From an uncultured Bacilli bacterium (GTDB lineage Bacteria > Bacillota_I > Bacilli_A > RF39 > UBA660): a DNA stretch of 64,000 nt. Below are positions 29,895 through 40,168 of this stretch, piece after piece; position 1 is the stretch's first letter; each line of letters starts with the position of its first letter. Both the position numbers and the translations under genes were made by a program. The notes under the pieces were generated by a model. That model saw only the letters and a program-made list of their open reading frames with translations. It made no database searches and had not been told where the DNA came from. The DNA lies in contig CAOOMX010000001.1 of NCBI GenBank assembly GCA_948497845.1, forward strand, positions 14,753 through 78,752, given 5' to 3'.

Positions 29895-29929
29895 AAAAAT
29901 TGTTGATGATGAAAAAACAATTTTTTTTG
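29895..29929 (+). terminator. Intrinsic terminator (AAATTGTT...AACAATTT followed by T8)
   Basis: Hairpin followed by tttttttt, after the LytTR gene. Confidence 0.55.
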
Positions 29930-30079
29930 TACACAAAAGGAAAGGTTTTAAACATAAATTGAAAAATGATTTCTTTTTTGTAGTAGACTTATTCTCGGAC
30001 GTCGCCAAAGCAGTATGGACGGACATAACTTGATGCGCAGACAAGTTTTTGAAGTGAGAGTTTATTTTGAGAAGGGTAG

Positions 30080-30304
30080 GTGTTAAGTGTGTACGGCAAA
30101 GTAAAATGGTTCAACAATGAAAAAGGTTACGGATTTATTCAATATGACCAATTATCAGATATATTTGTCCATTATTCTGCTATTGTAAAAGATGGTTTCA
30201 AGACGCTTAGTGAAGGTAGTACTGTAAGCTTTAAATTAGTAGAAACTTCTAAAGGATTGCAAGCAGTTGATGTTGTTGAAGAACAAATGACTACTATTCA
30301 GTAG
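30080..30304 (+). CDS. cspA: Cold-shock protein (CspA family; probable GTG start at 30089)
   Basis: KVKWFNNEKGYGFI (RNP1), VFVHYSAI (RNP2-like). About 100-nt GC-richer 5' UTR upstream. Confidence 0.85.
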   Translation: MLSVYGKVKWFNNEKGYGFIQYDQLSDIFVHYSAIVKDGFKTLSEGSTVSFKLVETSKGLQAVDVVEEQMTTIQ

Positions 30305-30350
30305 TTTTTTTCTTTGGAATTTGCTATAATGTGAATAGGAGAGTGATTAA

Positions 30351-30884
30351 ATGAAAATTACAATTCGTGGTGAAAAGGTAACCATCACAAAAGCGATTAA
30401 GGAGTATATTACAGAAAAATTAACAAAATTAGATAAATACTTTGATAATCCTAAAAATATTGATTGTAGAGTACTTGTTAAAGTTAAAAACAATCAGGAA
30501 AGTATCGAAGTAACAGTACCAACAAGTCGTTTTACATTAAGAGCCGAAGAGCGACATGAAGATTTATATGCGGCTGTAGATTTAGTTATAGATAAACTAG
30601 AAAGACAAATTAGAAAGAATAAGACTAGATTAGATGATAAATATCGTAATCTTCCATCTTTTGAAATGAATTTTGCTTTTGAAGTTGAAGATAGTGAAAT
30701 TGAAGAAACGAATATTATTAAAAGAAAAGATATTGATATGAAACCTATGGATGAAGAAGAAGCTATGCTTCAAATAGAGTTGTTAAATCATGATTTCTTT
30801 GTTTTTAAAAATGTAGATGAAGATTGTGTATCTGTCCTTTATAAAAGAAAAGATGGTAAGTACGGTATAATTAATGTGAAATAG
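30351..30884 (+). CDS. hpf: Ribosome hibernation promoting factor (long HPF / RaiA family)
   Basis: MKITIRGEKVTITKAIKEYITEKLTKLDKYF N-domain plus a C-terminal dimerisation domain. 177 aa. Confidence 0.85.
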   Translation: MKITIRGEKVTITKAIKEYITEKLTKLDKYFDNPKNIDCRVLVKVKNNQESIEVTVPTSRFTLRAEERHEDLYAAVDLVIDKLERQIRKNKTRLDDKYRNLPSFEMNFAFEVEDSEIEETNIIKRKDIDMKPMDEEEAMLQIELLNHDFFVFKNVDEDCVSVLYKRKDGKYGIINVK

Positions 30885-30906
30885 AGCATAGGCTCTTTTC
30901 TTTTGC
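30883..30906 (+). terminator. Intrinsic terminator after hpf
   Basis: AGAGC-atag-GCTCT hairpin followed by tttcttttg. Confidence 0.5.
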
Positions 30907-30951
30907 TTATAAATGTGTTAGTATAAGTTTCATTGTGCAAGGAGGTTTATT

Positions 30952-31449
30952 ATGTTTATAAGTGATATAGAGCAAGGGGATGTGCTATTGTTTGCTGGTA
31001 TGTTAGAAATATTTGTTGTAGCAGAAAGTAAACAACTTTATTTTACAGGCTATGATGTAGAAGATGGATGCATAAAAGCACAGGTCGTAGATGAATGTGG
31101 TAATTTTGTTCATTTAGAACTTGGTGATGAAAAAGCATTAATCAATGGCGAAGTTACGAATGATAGTATTATGTGGAGTGCTTTATTGGTATCTAGGTTT
31201 AAAGATATTTATCTGTCTTGGTTATTTGATCAAAAAATACAATCTATTGAAAAAGAATTTATTGCTAAAGCAATGGGAAGGATTCATACAAGTGCTCTTT
31301 TTAGTGCATCAATGGATTATTTAGAAAAAATAGGATCTTTAGATGACTATATGATGCAATTAGAAGTTATGGCACAGCATTTATTTGAATCCCCAGTAGA
31401 AGACGTAGCTTTTTTGAAAAGAAAACCTATAATTTCTGAAGATAAGTAA
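30952..31449 (+). CDS. Hypothetical protein
   Basis: 165-aa ORF between hpf and secA. No recognisable motifs. Confidence 0.3.
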   Translation: MFISDIEQGDVLLFAGMLEIFVVAESKQLYFTGYDVEDGCIKAQVVDECGNFVHLELGDEKALINGEVTNDSIMWSALLVSRFKDIYLSWLFDQKIQSIEKEFIAKAMGRIHTSALFSASMDYLEKIGSLDDYMMQLEVMAQHLFESPVEDVAFLKRKPIISEDK

Positions 31450-31517
31450 GATAAGGATGTAAAAATCTTTGTCTTTTTGTTTTGGCGTGTTATAATACAT
31501 AATGAGGGTGAATAGTT

Positions 31518-34007
31518 ATGAATTTTATAAAAAAATTATTAGATAGTGAATATAAAGAATTATGTCGTTTTGAAAAATTGGCTTTGCAAATTGAAGCGTT
31601 AGATGAAGAAATGTCTAAATTATCAAATGATGAATTAAAAGAGAAGACTGGAGAATTGCGTGCAAAATTAGATCAAGGAGCAACTTTAGACGATTTAATT
31701 GTTCCTGCTTTTGCTGTTGCTCGTGAGGCTGCTTTTCGTGGAATTGGCGAAAAACCATTTCATGTTCAAATATTAGGTGGCTTAGCTATTCATTTTGGTA
31801 ATATCGCTGAGTTAAAAACTGGAGAAGGAAAAACTTTGACAACTGTATTACCAGCTTACTTAAATGCTTTAGAAAGAAAAGGTGTACATGTTGTAACAAC
31901 GAATGAATATTTATCCGTTCGTAATGCTGAATGGATGAAACCGATTTATGATTTATTAGGTATTACAGTAGGAGTTAATTTACGTGAAATGAGTCCTAAA
32001 GAAAAGCAAGATGCATATAATTGTGATATAACTTATTCTACTAATAATGAAATTGGATTTGATTATTTAAGAGATAATATGGTTGTTCAAAAGGACCATA
32101 GAGTACAACGTGGACTTAATGTTTGTATTATCGATGAAGTGGATTCTATTTTGATTGATGAAGCTCGTACTCCTTTAATCATTAGTGGAGGAAGATTTAA
32201 TTCTAATAATTTATATGTGGATGCAGATAGAACTGTAAAAAAACTTATACAAGATGAAGATTATACGATTGATTTAAAAACAAAAAATGTTTCTTTAACA
32301 GAAAGTGGAAGTAAGAAAATTGAAAAACTTTTAAATATAAAGAATCTTTATGATTTAGATAATACTGTTTTGGTTCACCATTTGAATCAAGCTTTAAAGG
32401 CTAATTATGGATTTAAGAAAGATATTGATTATGTTGTACAAGATGATGCTATAGTTATAGTGGATCAATTTACTGGTCGTTTAATGCAAGGACGTCAGTA
32501 TAGTGAAGGCTTACATCAAGCTATAGAAGCCAAAGAAGGAGTTACTATTAATACTGAAACAAGAACTATGGCTACTATTACTTTTCAAAATTTATTTAGA
32601 ATGTATAATAAATTGTCTGGTATGACTGGTACTGCTAAAACGGAAGAAGAAGAATTTAGAAGTATTTATAATATGTACGTTATATGTATTCCTACAAATA
32701 AGCCAGTAGCTCGTGATGATTTAGCAGATTTAGTTTATTCTAATGAAAATGGTAAATATAAAGCTATTATTAATACAGTGAAATATATTCATGAAGAAGG
32801 AAGACCAATTCTAATTGGTACTATATCTGTTGAAGCTAATGAAAGATTAAGTAATTTGCTTAAAAAAGCTGGATTGAAGCATGAAGTATTAAATGCTAAG
32901 AATCATGAAAGAGAAGCTGATATTATTGCTAAAGCTGGTGAAAAGGGTGCGATAACTCTTGCTACTAATATGGCTGGACGTGGAACAGATATTAAACTAG
33001 GCGAAGGGGTACGTGAATTAGGAGGCCTTTTTGTAATTGGTACAGAACGTCATGAATCTCGTCGTATTGATAATCAGTTACGTGGTCGTGCGGGTCGTCA
33101 AGGGGATCCAGGAACAAGTCAATTCTTTGTCTCTTTTGATGATGATTTAATGCGTAGATTTGGGACAGAAAAAATAAAATTAATGCTACAAAATATAGGT
33201 CTTACTGATGATCAATCTATACGATCTAAAGCATTAACTCGTAGTATTGAAACAGCACAAAAGAAAGTTGAAGGAAATAATTATGATATTCGTAAAAGCT
33301 TGCTTGATTATGATAATGTATTAAACGAACAACGTGAAATTATTTATAATCGTCGTAATGAAATTATAGATGATGAAAGTATTCATGAACGTATTGTTAA
33401 AACTTTTGAAAATACTATTTCAGATATTGTTGAAGGACATATTCCTCCAGAAAATTATTTAACAGAAGCAGATTTTATGGATATTGCTAATTATGTTAAT
33501 ACAAATTTCTTAAAAGGAAATAATCTAAATGTAGAAGATATTAAAGATTTAAAACCTGAAGAGGTAAAAGATTATATTCTAGATTTAGTGCTTAAAGATT
33601 ATGAAGTAAAGATGATTTCTTCTCCTTTAATGAATGAATTTGAGAAAGCTATAAGCTTACGTGTTATTGATTCAAACTGGGTAGATCATATGAGTGCTAT
33701 GGAACATTTAAAAGAAGGGATAGGTCTTCGCGGTTATGGGCAAGTAAATCCTGTTCAAGCTTATACAATGGAAGGCTTTGAAATGTTTGATAATCTTTTA
33801 TCAAAGATAGATAATGATACAGCTTTATTCTTACTAAAAGCAGAGGTACGTCAGAATACCGAAAGAAAGCAAACTCTTGAGGGGCATGCGAATGATGGTA
33901 AAGAGAAATTAAAAGCTCAACCTAAAAAGAATAGTCAAAAAATTGGTAGAAATGATGTTTGTCCTTGTGGTTCGGGAAAGAAATACAAGCAATGTTGTGG
34001 AAAGTAA
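31518..34007 (+). CDS. secA: Preprotein translocase ATPase SecA
   Basis: 829 aa. DEAD motor motifs (GEGKTL, DEVDSILIDEART). C-terminal zinc finger CPCGSGKKYKQCCG. Confidence 0.95.
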   Translation: MNFIKKLLDSEYKELCRFEKLALQIEALDEEMSKLSNDELKEKTGELRAKLDQGATLDDLIVPAFAVAREAAFRGIGEKPFHVQILGGLAIHFGNIAELKTGEGKTLTTVLPAYLNALERKGVHVVTTNEYLSVRNAEWMKPIYDLLGITVGVNLREMSPKEKQDAYNCDITYSTNNEIGFDYLRDNMVVQKDHRVQRGLNVCIIDEVDSILIDEARTPLIISGGRFNSNNLYVDADRTVKKLIQDEDYTIDLKTKNVSLTESGSKKIEKLLNIKNLYDLDNTVLVHHLNQALKANYGFKKDIDYVVQDDAIVIVDQFTGRLMQGRQYSEGLHQAIEAKEGVTINTETRTMATITFQNLFRMYNKLSGMTGTAKTEEEEFRSIYNMYVICIPTNKPVARDDLADLVYSNENGKYKAIINTVKYIHEEGRPILIGTISVEANERLSNLLKKAGLKHEVLNAKNHEREADIIAKAGEKGAITLATNMAGRGTDIKLGEGVRELGGLFVIGTERHESRRIDNQLRGRAGRQGDPGTSQFFVSFDDDLMRRFGTEKIKLMLQNIGLTDDQSIRSKALTRSIETAQKKVEGNNYDIRKSLLDYDNVLNEQREIIYNRRNEIIDDESIHERIVKTFENTISDIVEGHIPPENYLTEADFMDIANYVNTNFLKGNNLNVEDIKDLKPEEVKDYILDLVLKDYEVKMISSPLMNEFEKAISLRVIDSNWVDHMSAMEHLKEGIGLRGYGQVNPVQAYTMEGFEMFDNLLSKIDNDTALFLLKAEVRQNTERKQTLEGHANDGKEKLKAQPKKNSQKIGRNDVCPCGSGKKYKQCCGK

Positions 34008-34103
34008 GATAAAATAAGAAAAAATCAAGAATTGAAAAAATATTAAAATGGTTCGAATTTCATAATTTGTCCACGTGATATTAAAAAAAGTGTAGTAAAA
34101 TAA

Positions 34104-34139
34104 AGGTGTGAACAAGAAATAGTTTGTTGACACCTTTTA
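34104..34139 (+). terminator. Strong intrinsic terminator after secA
   Basis: AGGTGTGAACAA...TTGTTGACACCT 12-bp stem followed by tttt. Confidence 0.65.
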
Positions 34140-34140
34140 A

Positions 34141-34876
34141 AATCTAAATAGAAAGAGACAGAATATTGAAAAGAGAGTTAGTAACAACAGAATAGTAAAA
34201 GAGGATAAAATAGGAATATTAAGAGTTGGCAATGTTAATTATATTTCATTAACAGACTTGGCTAAGTATCAGTGATCCATCTTTTACAGTAAAGAATTGG
34301 TTAAGAAGGATTACAACTATTGATTTTAATTTGGTCGAATTCGACCAAATTAAAACTGAGTATGGTAAAAATTCTTTTGCAATGTCTTCATCTCAATGGA
34401 TTAAAAGGACCAATGCTATAGGTATTATCTCAAAGGGCGGAAGATATAACATTGGAACTTTTGCTCATTCAGGCATTGCATTTGAATTTGCAAGTTGGTT
34501 GTCTCCAGAATTTAAATTATATTTAATAAAAGAATTTGAAAGATTAAAAACTAATGAAGCATATCAAGAAAAAATAGATTGGCAAGCTAATAGAATACTT
34601 TCAAAGTTAAATTATGTAGTTCACACTGATGCAGTAAAAACTTATATAGTTCCAACGCTTATTGAGGCTCAAAAGAAATTTGTATATGCTGAAGAAGCTG
34701 ATGTTTTAAATGTTGCATTATTTGGTATGACAGCTAAAGAATGGAGATATAATAATCCAGAACTTGCAAAAGAGGGGAATATGAGAGATTATACCGATTT
34801 ATTACATTTAGTAATATTAAATAATCTTCAAAATACAAATGCTGAATTAATTGGAGATGGTTTATCACAGAGATAA
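34141..34876 (+). pseudogene. KilA-N domain protein, frameshifted (N-terminal fragment lacks a start codon; main ORF re-enters at TTG 34331)
   Basis: Upstream frame encodes ...GILRVGNVNYISLTDLAKYQ* (stop at 34273-34275). The +1 frame continues ...PSFTVKNWLRRITTIDFNLVEFDQIKTEYGKNSFAMSSSQWIKRTNAIGIISKGGRYNIGTFAHSGIAFEFASWLSPEFKLYLIKEFERLK, which is KilA-N-like. Confidence 0.45.
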
Positions 34877-35057
34877 TAAGATTATTATATTACTAGTGCT
34901 ACTGATGATTTAATTAAGATGAGTGAATCTGTAGAAAAAGAAATTGATATAAATATGGTAGATAAATTTTAGTAGTATCATTGTTAAGGGATATAAAAAA
35001 TAGTATAATATGATTAGTTGATTACTTAATGAATAATTGTTAAAGGAGGTGCAAATA

Positions 35058-36075
35058 ATGGCTGATAAACTAATTGGAAATGAAAAAAATATTTTATTTT
35101 ATAATGATGAAGATGGTAATACTAAAGTAGAAGTATTATTAGAAAACGAAGATGTTTGGTTAAATACTGAGGCTTTATCAACTCTGTTTAATATTGATAG
35201 AAGCGGGATTGTAAAACATATCAGTAACATTTACAAAGATGAAGAACTAGAAGAAAAGAGCACATGTGCAAAAATTGCACATGTGGGTAATGATGGAAAA
35301 CAAACTTATAATACGAAATATTATAACCTTGATATGATCATTTCCGTTGGATTTAGAGTTAATTCCAAAAAGGCAATTAAATTTAGAACTTGGGCAAATA
35401 AAATTATTAAAGATTATATGATACAAGGGTTTGCTTTAAATGATGAAAGATTTATGAAAGCAAGAAAGACTGATCAAGAATATTTTAAAAGATTGCTTGA
35501 AAGAATTAAGTTAATTCGTACAAGTGAAAGAATGTTTTATCAAAAAATTACGGATATATTTGCTGAATGCTCAATTGATTATGATAAAGATAGTGATATG
35601 GCAATAACATTCTATAAAACAATTCAAAATAAATTCCACTTTGCTATCACTGGTCATACTGCTGCTGAAATTGTATATAATAGAGTTGATGCAAAAAAAG
35701 ATAATATGGGACTTACAACATGGGAGAATTCTTCGGATGGTAAGATTCTAAAATCAGATGTTGTAATTGCTAAAAACTATTTAGATGAAAAAAAAGTTAA
35801 AAATTTAAATAGTTTAGTCAACTTATTTTTAGATATAGCTGAAAATAATGCCGAAAGAAATATTGCAATGTATATGAATGTGGAAGAATGAAGTGGAAAA
35901 TGCATTAAGAGTATTTCATTATAATGTTTTAGAGGGAAAAGGTAAAATTTCAAACAAACAAGCAAAGGAAAAAGCAGAAAGTGAATATGAAAAGTTTAAA
36001 ATTATTCAAGATAATAATTATGTATCTGATTTTGATAAATTGTTAAATGAAACAAAACAAATCGAAAATAAATAA
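35058..36075 (+). pseudogene. RhuM-family protein (virulence-associated, prophage-type) split by a frameshift near 35870-35885
   Basis: ORF 35058..35891 has the RhuM core (NTKYYNLDMIISVGFRVNSKKAIKFRTWANKIIKDY). Overlapping ORF 35878..36075 in another frame encodes the expected RhuM C-terminal tail. The sum is about 349 aa, matching full-length RhuM. Confidence 0.5.
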
Positions 36076-36220
36076 CTTGTGCATTTTATAAAGTATTAAA
36101 ATTATGGTATGCTTATATCAGTGAACGAATGTGGACAATATACTCAATAAGTAGGTATATTATATAATAGTTTTTAAATAATAGCACTTATGATAAAATA
36201 TTAAATTGAGGAGATGCTTA

Positions 36221-37183
36221 ATGCCTAATATAATTACTCACCATTATTTTGCTGAAGATGTTTTAAAGAATAGTAAAAAAGATATTATAAATAGTTTCTT
36301 TGGCGAAAAAGATTTATATTATTTATTTACACAAGGTTTTGATCCTTTCTTTGTTTATGAAATATTACCTTTTAATGAAAAATTAGGATATTTTCTTCAC
36401 GATAATTATATAGATACTTTTTTTATTAATTATATAAAAGTAATGAAGGAACAAAAATTAGAAAATGATCCAGCCCTTTTAGCGGCTTTATATGGTCATT
36501 TAACTCATTATGTTTTAGATAGTATCATTCATCCTTTTGTAATTTATAAATGTGGTGAATATAATAAAAATAGACCAGAAACGTATAAGTATGTGGGAGT
36601 GCACACACGTATGGAAGTTGAAATAGATGCTTATCTTTATGAAACCAGAGAAAATAAGTCTTTCAAAGATTTAAAATTTCATAAAGTAAATCCAAAGAAA
36701 AAATTAAATAAAAATATTTTAAAATTATTGAATAAAATCTATGAAGAAACTTTTAAAGTTAAAAATGGTGGATTTAAATATCAAAAAGCACTTAATATGG
36801 CTTATTTAGGTCTTAAATATATAACTAATGATAAATACGGAAGAAAAAAGGCTTTATATCACAAAATTGATAAAATAGTTGCTAGCAAAGGGCATAAAAT
36901 TGAAGCTTTTAGCTATTATGTAACTTCTATTGATAAATCCATTTTTAATTTAGAACACCAACCATGGTGTAATCCCTGTGATAATACAATAAAAAGCAAT
37001 GAGTCTTTTTTTGATTTATACAATAAAGCTATTGCGATATGTGTTACGTTATTTGAAGCAACAAATAAATATATAAATGAAGAAATTGATTTAATGGAAT
37101 ATCAAGGGATTTTAAAAGATAACTCTTACGTTACTGGTTTATCATGGCAAAAAAAAGATGAATTACAATATTTTGCTTTTTAA
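36221..37183 (+). CDS. Putative zinc-dependent phospholipase C-like / His-rich metallohydrolase (weak)
   Basis: N-terminal IITHHYFAEDVL, GHLTHYVLDSIIHP and multiple conserved His/Asp residues are reminiscent of the Zn-PLC/S1-P1 nuclease fold. Confidence 0.35.
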   Translation: MPNIITHHYFAEDVLKNSKKDIINSFFGEKDLYYLFTQGFDPFFVYEILPFNEKLGYFLHDNYIDTFFINYIKVMKEQKLENDPALLAALYGHLTHYVLDSIIHPFVIYKCGEYNKNRPETYKYVGVHTRMEVEIDAYLYETRENKSFKDLKFHKVNPKKKLNKNILKLLNKIYEETFKVKNGGFKYQKALNMAYLGLKYITNDKYGRKKALYHKIDKIVASKGHKIEAFSYYVTSIDKSIFNLEHQPWCNPCDNTIKSNESFFDLYNKAIAICVTLFEATNKYINEEIDLMEYQGILKDNSYVTGLSWQKKDELQYFAF

Positions 37184-37335
37184 CATAATTTGAAATTTTT
37201 AAGGTTAAGATATTACACGTGATGGTATATAAACTTTCTCTAGTTTAACTTTGTGTTTTTGAAATATCTTTACATTTCTCTTTCAAAATGATAATATACT
37301 TTAGCAAGTTTTTATTTTTGGGAGGAAAAACAACT

Positions 37336-38103
37336 ATGAAATGTAAAAAATTATATAGAGTTCAAGGAGCAAATTTAGGTTATCCTTCTATTTTGTTAGA
37401 TTCAAGTTATCGAATAAATTCTCCTAAAACACATTTATTTGTTTCTAAGACTTTAATGCATCACCAATATTATATAAATAAGAGGGTAAAGCAGTTAATT
37501 AAACGATTATTAAGTGAAGAAAATACATTACATATAGAAAGTTTAACTATGGAACAAGTAAAAGAAATATTAGATAGTCATGATGTGGATCCATTAAATC
37601 TAATAGAGTTTCATGTTTTGGATATTATGCATACTTTGTTGGAGGAAAATGCTATTGCTTCTAAAGAAAATCATAGTAGGAAATTATATATGCCCAAAAG
37701 TGTTGATGTGGATAGATGTGCGGGAGGCTTTCATTTATCTAAATTTTGGTTAAAACTTTTCTGTGATTCTTTAATCTGTATTAAATATCATAACGTTGGG
37801 ACTTCGGAGATTTCAAGGTTTATAGCTCCTTATCTTGATGAAGGTTTGCATGGATTTGGTCAAATAGATTATGCACCTATAAGGGAGCAAACACAGGAGT
37901 TTAATTCAAATAATCCTATTTTTGATGATTGTAATGGTTTAAATGTAGTTTATAGAGACTTAAAAGTTATAATTCGCGAGAGAGCTTTTGTTGAAGGAAC
38001 AAGGCTTGATTGTGAGGCTAGTCATACAGTTGATATGTTTATGCACCAAGTGGAAAGTGCTCAAAATGAAGTTATGAAATTAAGAAGAGAAAAAGAAGAG
38101 TAA
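37336..38103 (+). CDS. Hypothetical protein
   Basis: 256-aa ORF (ATG 37336) with no recognisable motifs. Located in the accessory island. Confidence 0.3.
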   Translation: MKCKKLYRVQGANLGYPSILLDSSYRINSPKTHLFVSKTLMHHQYYINKRVKQLIKRLLSEENTLHIESLTMEQVKEILDSHDVDPLNLIEFHVLDIMHTLLEENAIASKENHSRKLYMPKSVDVDRCAGGFHLSKFWLKLFCDSLICIKYHNVGTSEISRFIAPYLDEGLHGFGQIDYAPIREQTQEFNSNNPIFDDCNGLNVVYRDLKVIIRERAFVEGTRLDCEASHTVDMFMHQVESAQNEVMKLRREKEE

Positions 38104-38214
38104 AAATTTATACTAAAAGATGTTTTGAAATGAATCGCATAAAGCGTTTTTTCTTTTTCATAAATACTTTTCCATGTTTAACACATAATACAAATATAAT
38201 ATGGGTTTTATATT

Positions 38215-38475
38215 GTTACTGGACAATAAGCCGTGTGTCAGACTTTTCGGCTAATGCGTTCGGTGTCCTCAGCGGCGGGTATGCGGGTTACACCTATGTG
38301 AGCCACGACTATTGTGTGTGGCCTACATTCAGTCTAGTATCAAGCGTGAAAATATTGGGTGGCTCAGGAACAGAGTCTAATCCGTTTAGGATTGAACTAT
38401 AGGAAAAATACAAGGGTGGATATTTTAGACTGTTTACAAAGTTGTAATATTTTGAAAACAGTCTTTTAATTTGAT
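38215..38475 (+). ncRNA. Candidate structured ncRNA / structured 3' region: GC-rich island ending in an intrinsic terminator (unclassified)
   Basis: 38226-38400 is markedly GC-richer than its flanks and in all frames but one is broken by stops. The single open frame (38130..38402) has an aberrant composition. An 8-bp long-range pairing joins 38299-38306 to 38359-38366, and a local stem joins 38263-38267 to 38290-38294. A terminator hairpin GACTGTTT...AAACAGTC at 38428-38463 is followed by TCTTTTAATTTG. Confidence 0.3.
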
Positions 38476-38541
38476 AAAAAAACAAATAAGTAATGTTTAT
38501 ACCTATTTGTTAGTTATAAGAAAGTCGGTTTCTTTTTTATA

Positions 38542-38970
38542 TTAATCTAATCTCCATAATTGAAATTTTCCAGTTATTTCATTAACATCTTTTGTATCAC
38601 CGTAAATAATTGCTCCCATGTATTCTAAGGCTTCTTTTTCTTTACTTTCTATACTTTTTACTAATTCTTCATCTGTTCTTGTTTCCAACATATCCTTAGG
38701 ATAGTCTGCTACAAGTAGATTTGGATTTTCTTTGGCTTTATCGATAGCATTTTTTAGTTTAGAAGCTTTTACCTTAGTAATGATAAATGGAAATTTACTA
38801 ATACCTAAATGGCTAATTCCAGATTTATCAGTTAGTGTGCTTTGTCCCATTATTTCATTATTTGAGTACTTCCCAATTGAAACGGCTAAGTGTCCGATTA
38901 CATTTAAAGCAGTGGCGGCATCAACATTTGTTGCAATAATTCCTATAATTTTTTTATCTTCATAATTCAT
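38542..38970 (-). CDS. DUF2000-family protein
   Basis: 142-aa ORF with good Shine-Dalgarno GAAGGAGA. Sequence pattern consistent with DUF2000. Confidence 0.45.
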   Translation of the reverse strand: MNYEDKKIIGIIATNVDAATALNVIGHLAVSIGKYSNNEIMGQSTLTDKSGISHLGISKFPFIITKVKASKLKNAIDKAKENPNLLVADYPKDMLETRTDEELVKSIESKEKEALEYMGAIIYGDTKDVNEITGKFQLWRLD

Positions 38971-39168
38971 AATTTTATCTCCTTCATTTTTAATTATATT
39001 TTCATTTTAAAATAAAGGAGTTTTAACATTTTCAAGAACCTCAATCTTTGCCCATAGTTCTCCGCCATGCATATTTCTTGGATATTTAAGCATCACTATC
39101 ACCCGCCTTTTTGTTTTTGATTGCTTGTATTATATTATAAAATTACCTATTTTTCAACATTTTGATAG

Positions 39169-40059
39169 TTATGGTGTTTTTTCAAGCATTATGTCTAACA
39201 GTTTTTTTACACTATAGTTTGGTATTGTTTTATCTAAAGTGGCAATTCCTATATATCTTTTAGGAATAGATGGAGTAACTTTTATTTCAAAAAGCGTTTT
39301 ATTTAAATCATCTTTGATAAATTCTTTTGTTGCATAGCCAATACCAAAGCCACTTTTAATAAAGTCCATTATTAAATTATAACTTACTATCTCTGTTGTA
39401 GGTTTTAAATCAACTTGATTATTTTTAAGAAATTGATCTAAGTAAGCTCGTGTGTTTGATGGCTTTTTTTGAAATAGTAAAGGGTAATTATTTAGTTCTT
39501 CTAGTGAAACGTGTCCATTTGTTAATTGTAAATATTTTTTATTCCCTACAAATATATCGTGAACATCTGTTACTTTGTATATTTTTAGGCCTTTAGTTTC
39601 TTCCATTGGAAGATTTAAAATGAGCATATCTAAGTTCCCATTTCTTAATTCTTGAACTAAATTCTCTGTTAAAGTATTGATTATTTTTATTTCAATTTTA
39701 GGATATCTTTCATGAAATATTTCTAAATATGGCATAAGTACATGTTTACTAACAGTTGTACTAGCTCCGATTGAAATAGACCCAGCATCTAGATTCTTCA
39801 TATTGGTTAAAGCATTTTCTCCATTTGTAAAATTATTGATGCCTTTTTTCACATAGTCAAATAATACTTTTCCTTCAGTAGTCAAAGTTACGCCCTTTTT
39901 GGTTCGTATAAAAAGGGTTACTCCCAGCTGTTCTTCTAGTGATTTAATTTGCCATGTAACTGCTGGTTGAGATACCATAAGTTTTTCAGCCGCTTTCGAT
40001 ATACTCTCCTCATTAGCTACACTATAAAAATATTTATAGGCTTCAAAATTAACGTTCAT
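39169..40059 (-). CDS. LysR-family transcriptional regulator
   Basis: N-terminal HTH (ISKAAEKLMVSQPAVTWQIKSLEEQLGVTLF), C-terminal LysR substrate-binding domain. Divergent from the 40169 gene. Confidence 0.8.
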   Translation of the reverse strand: MNVNFEAYKYFYSVANEESISKAAEKLMVSQPAVTWQIKSLEEQLGVTLFIRTKKGVTLTTEGKVLFDYVKKGINNFTNGENALTNMKNLDAGSISIGASTTVSKHVLMPYLEIFHERYPKIEIKIINTLTENLVQELRNGNLDMLILNLPMEETKGLKIYKVTDVHDIFVGNKKYLQLTNGHVSLEELNNYPLLFQKKPSNTRAYLDQFLKNNQVDLKPTTEIVSYNLIMDFIKSGFGIGYATKEFIKDDLNKTLFEIKVTPSIPKRYIGIATLDKTIPNYSVKKLLDIMLEKTP

Positions 40060-40168
40060 ATAAAATCTCCTTATATATAATATAAATAATATATATTATA
40101 CTTATATCATAGTTGGTGCTATAATTCAATCAGAAAGAGCGAAAAAGCTCTTCAGGGAGGTTATTTTT

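Noticed and set aside
29990-30079. GC-richer segment upstream of cspA as an independent ncRNA or riboswitch
   Set aside because: The position and length fit the long structured 5' UTR typical of cold-shock protein mRNAs. No separate terminator or conserved riboswitch core was recognised.
38130-38402. 90-aa ORF called in the ORF track as a protein
   Set aside because: The frame is open only across a GC-rich segment. Peptide composition is aberrant (W/C/Y/G-rich, no Shine-Dalgarno-ATG context). The region shows RNA-like pairing and ends in a terminator, so it is treated as a candidate ncRNA instead.
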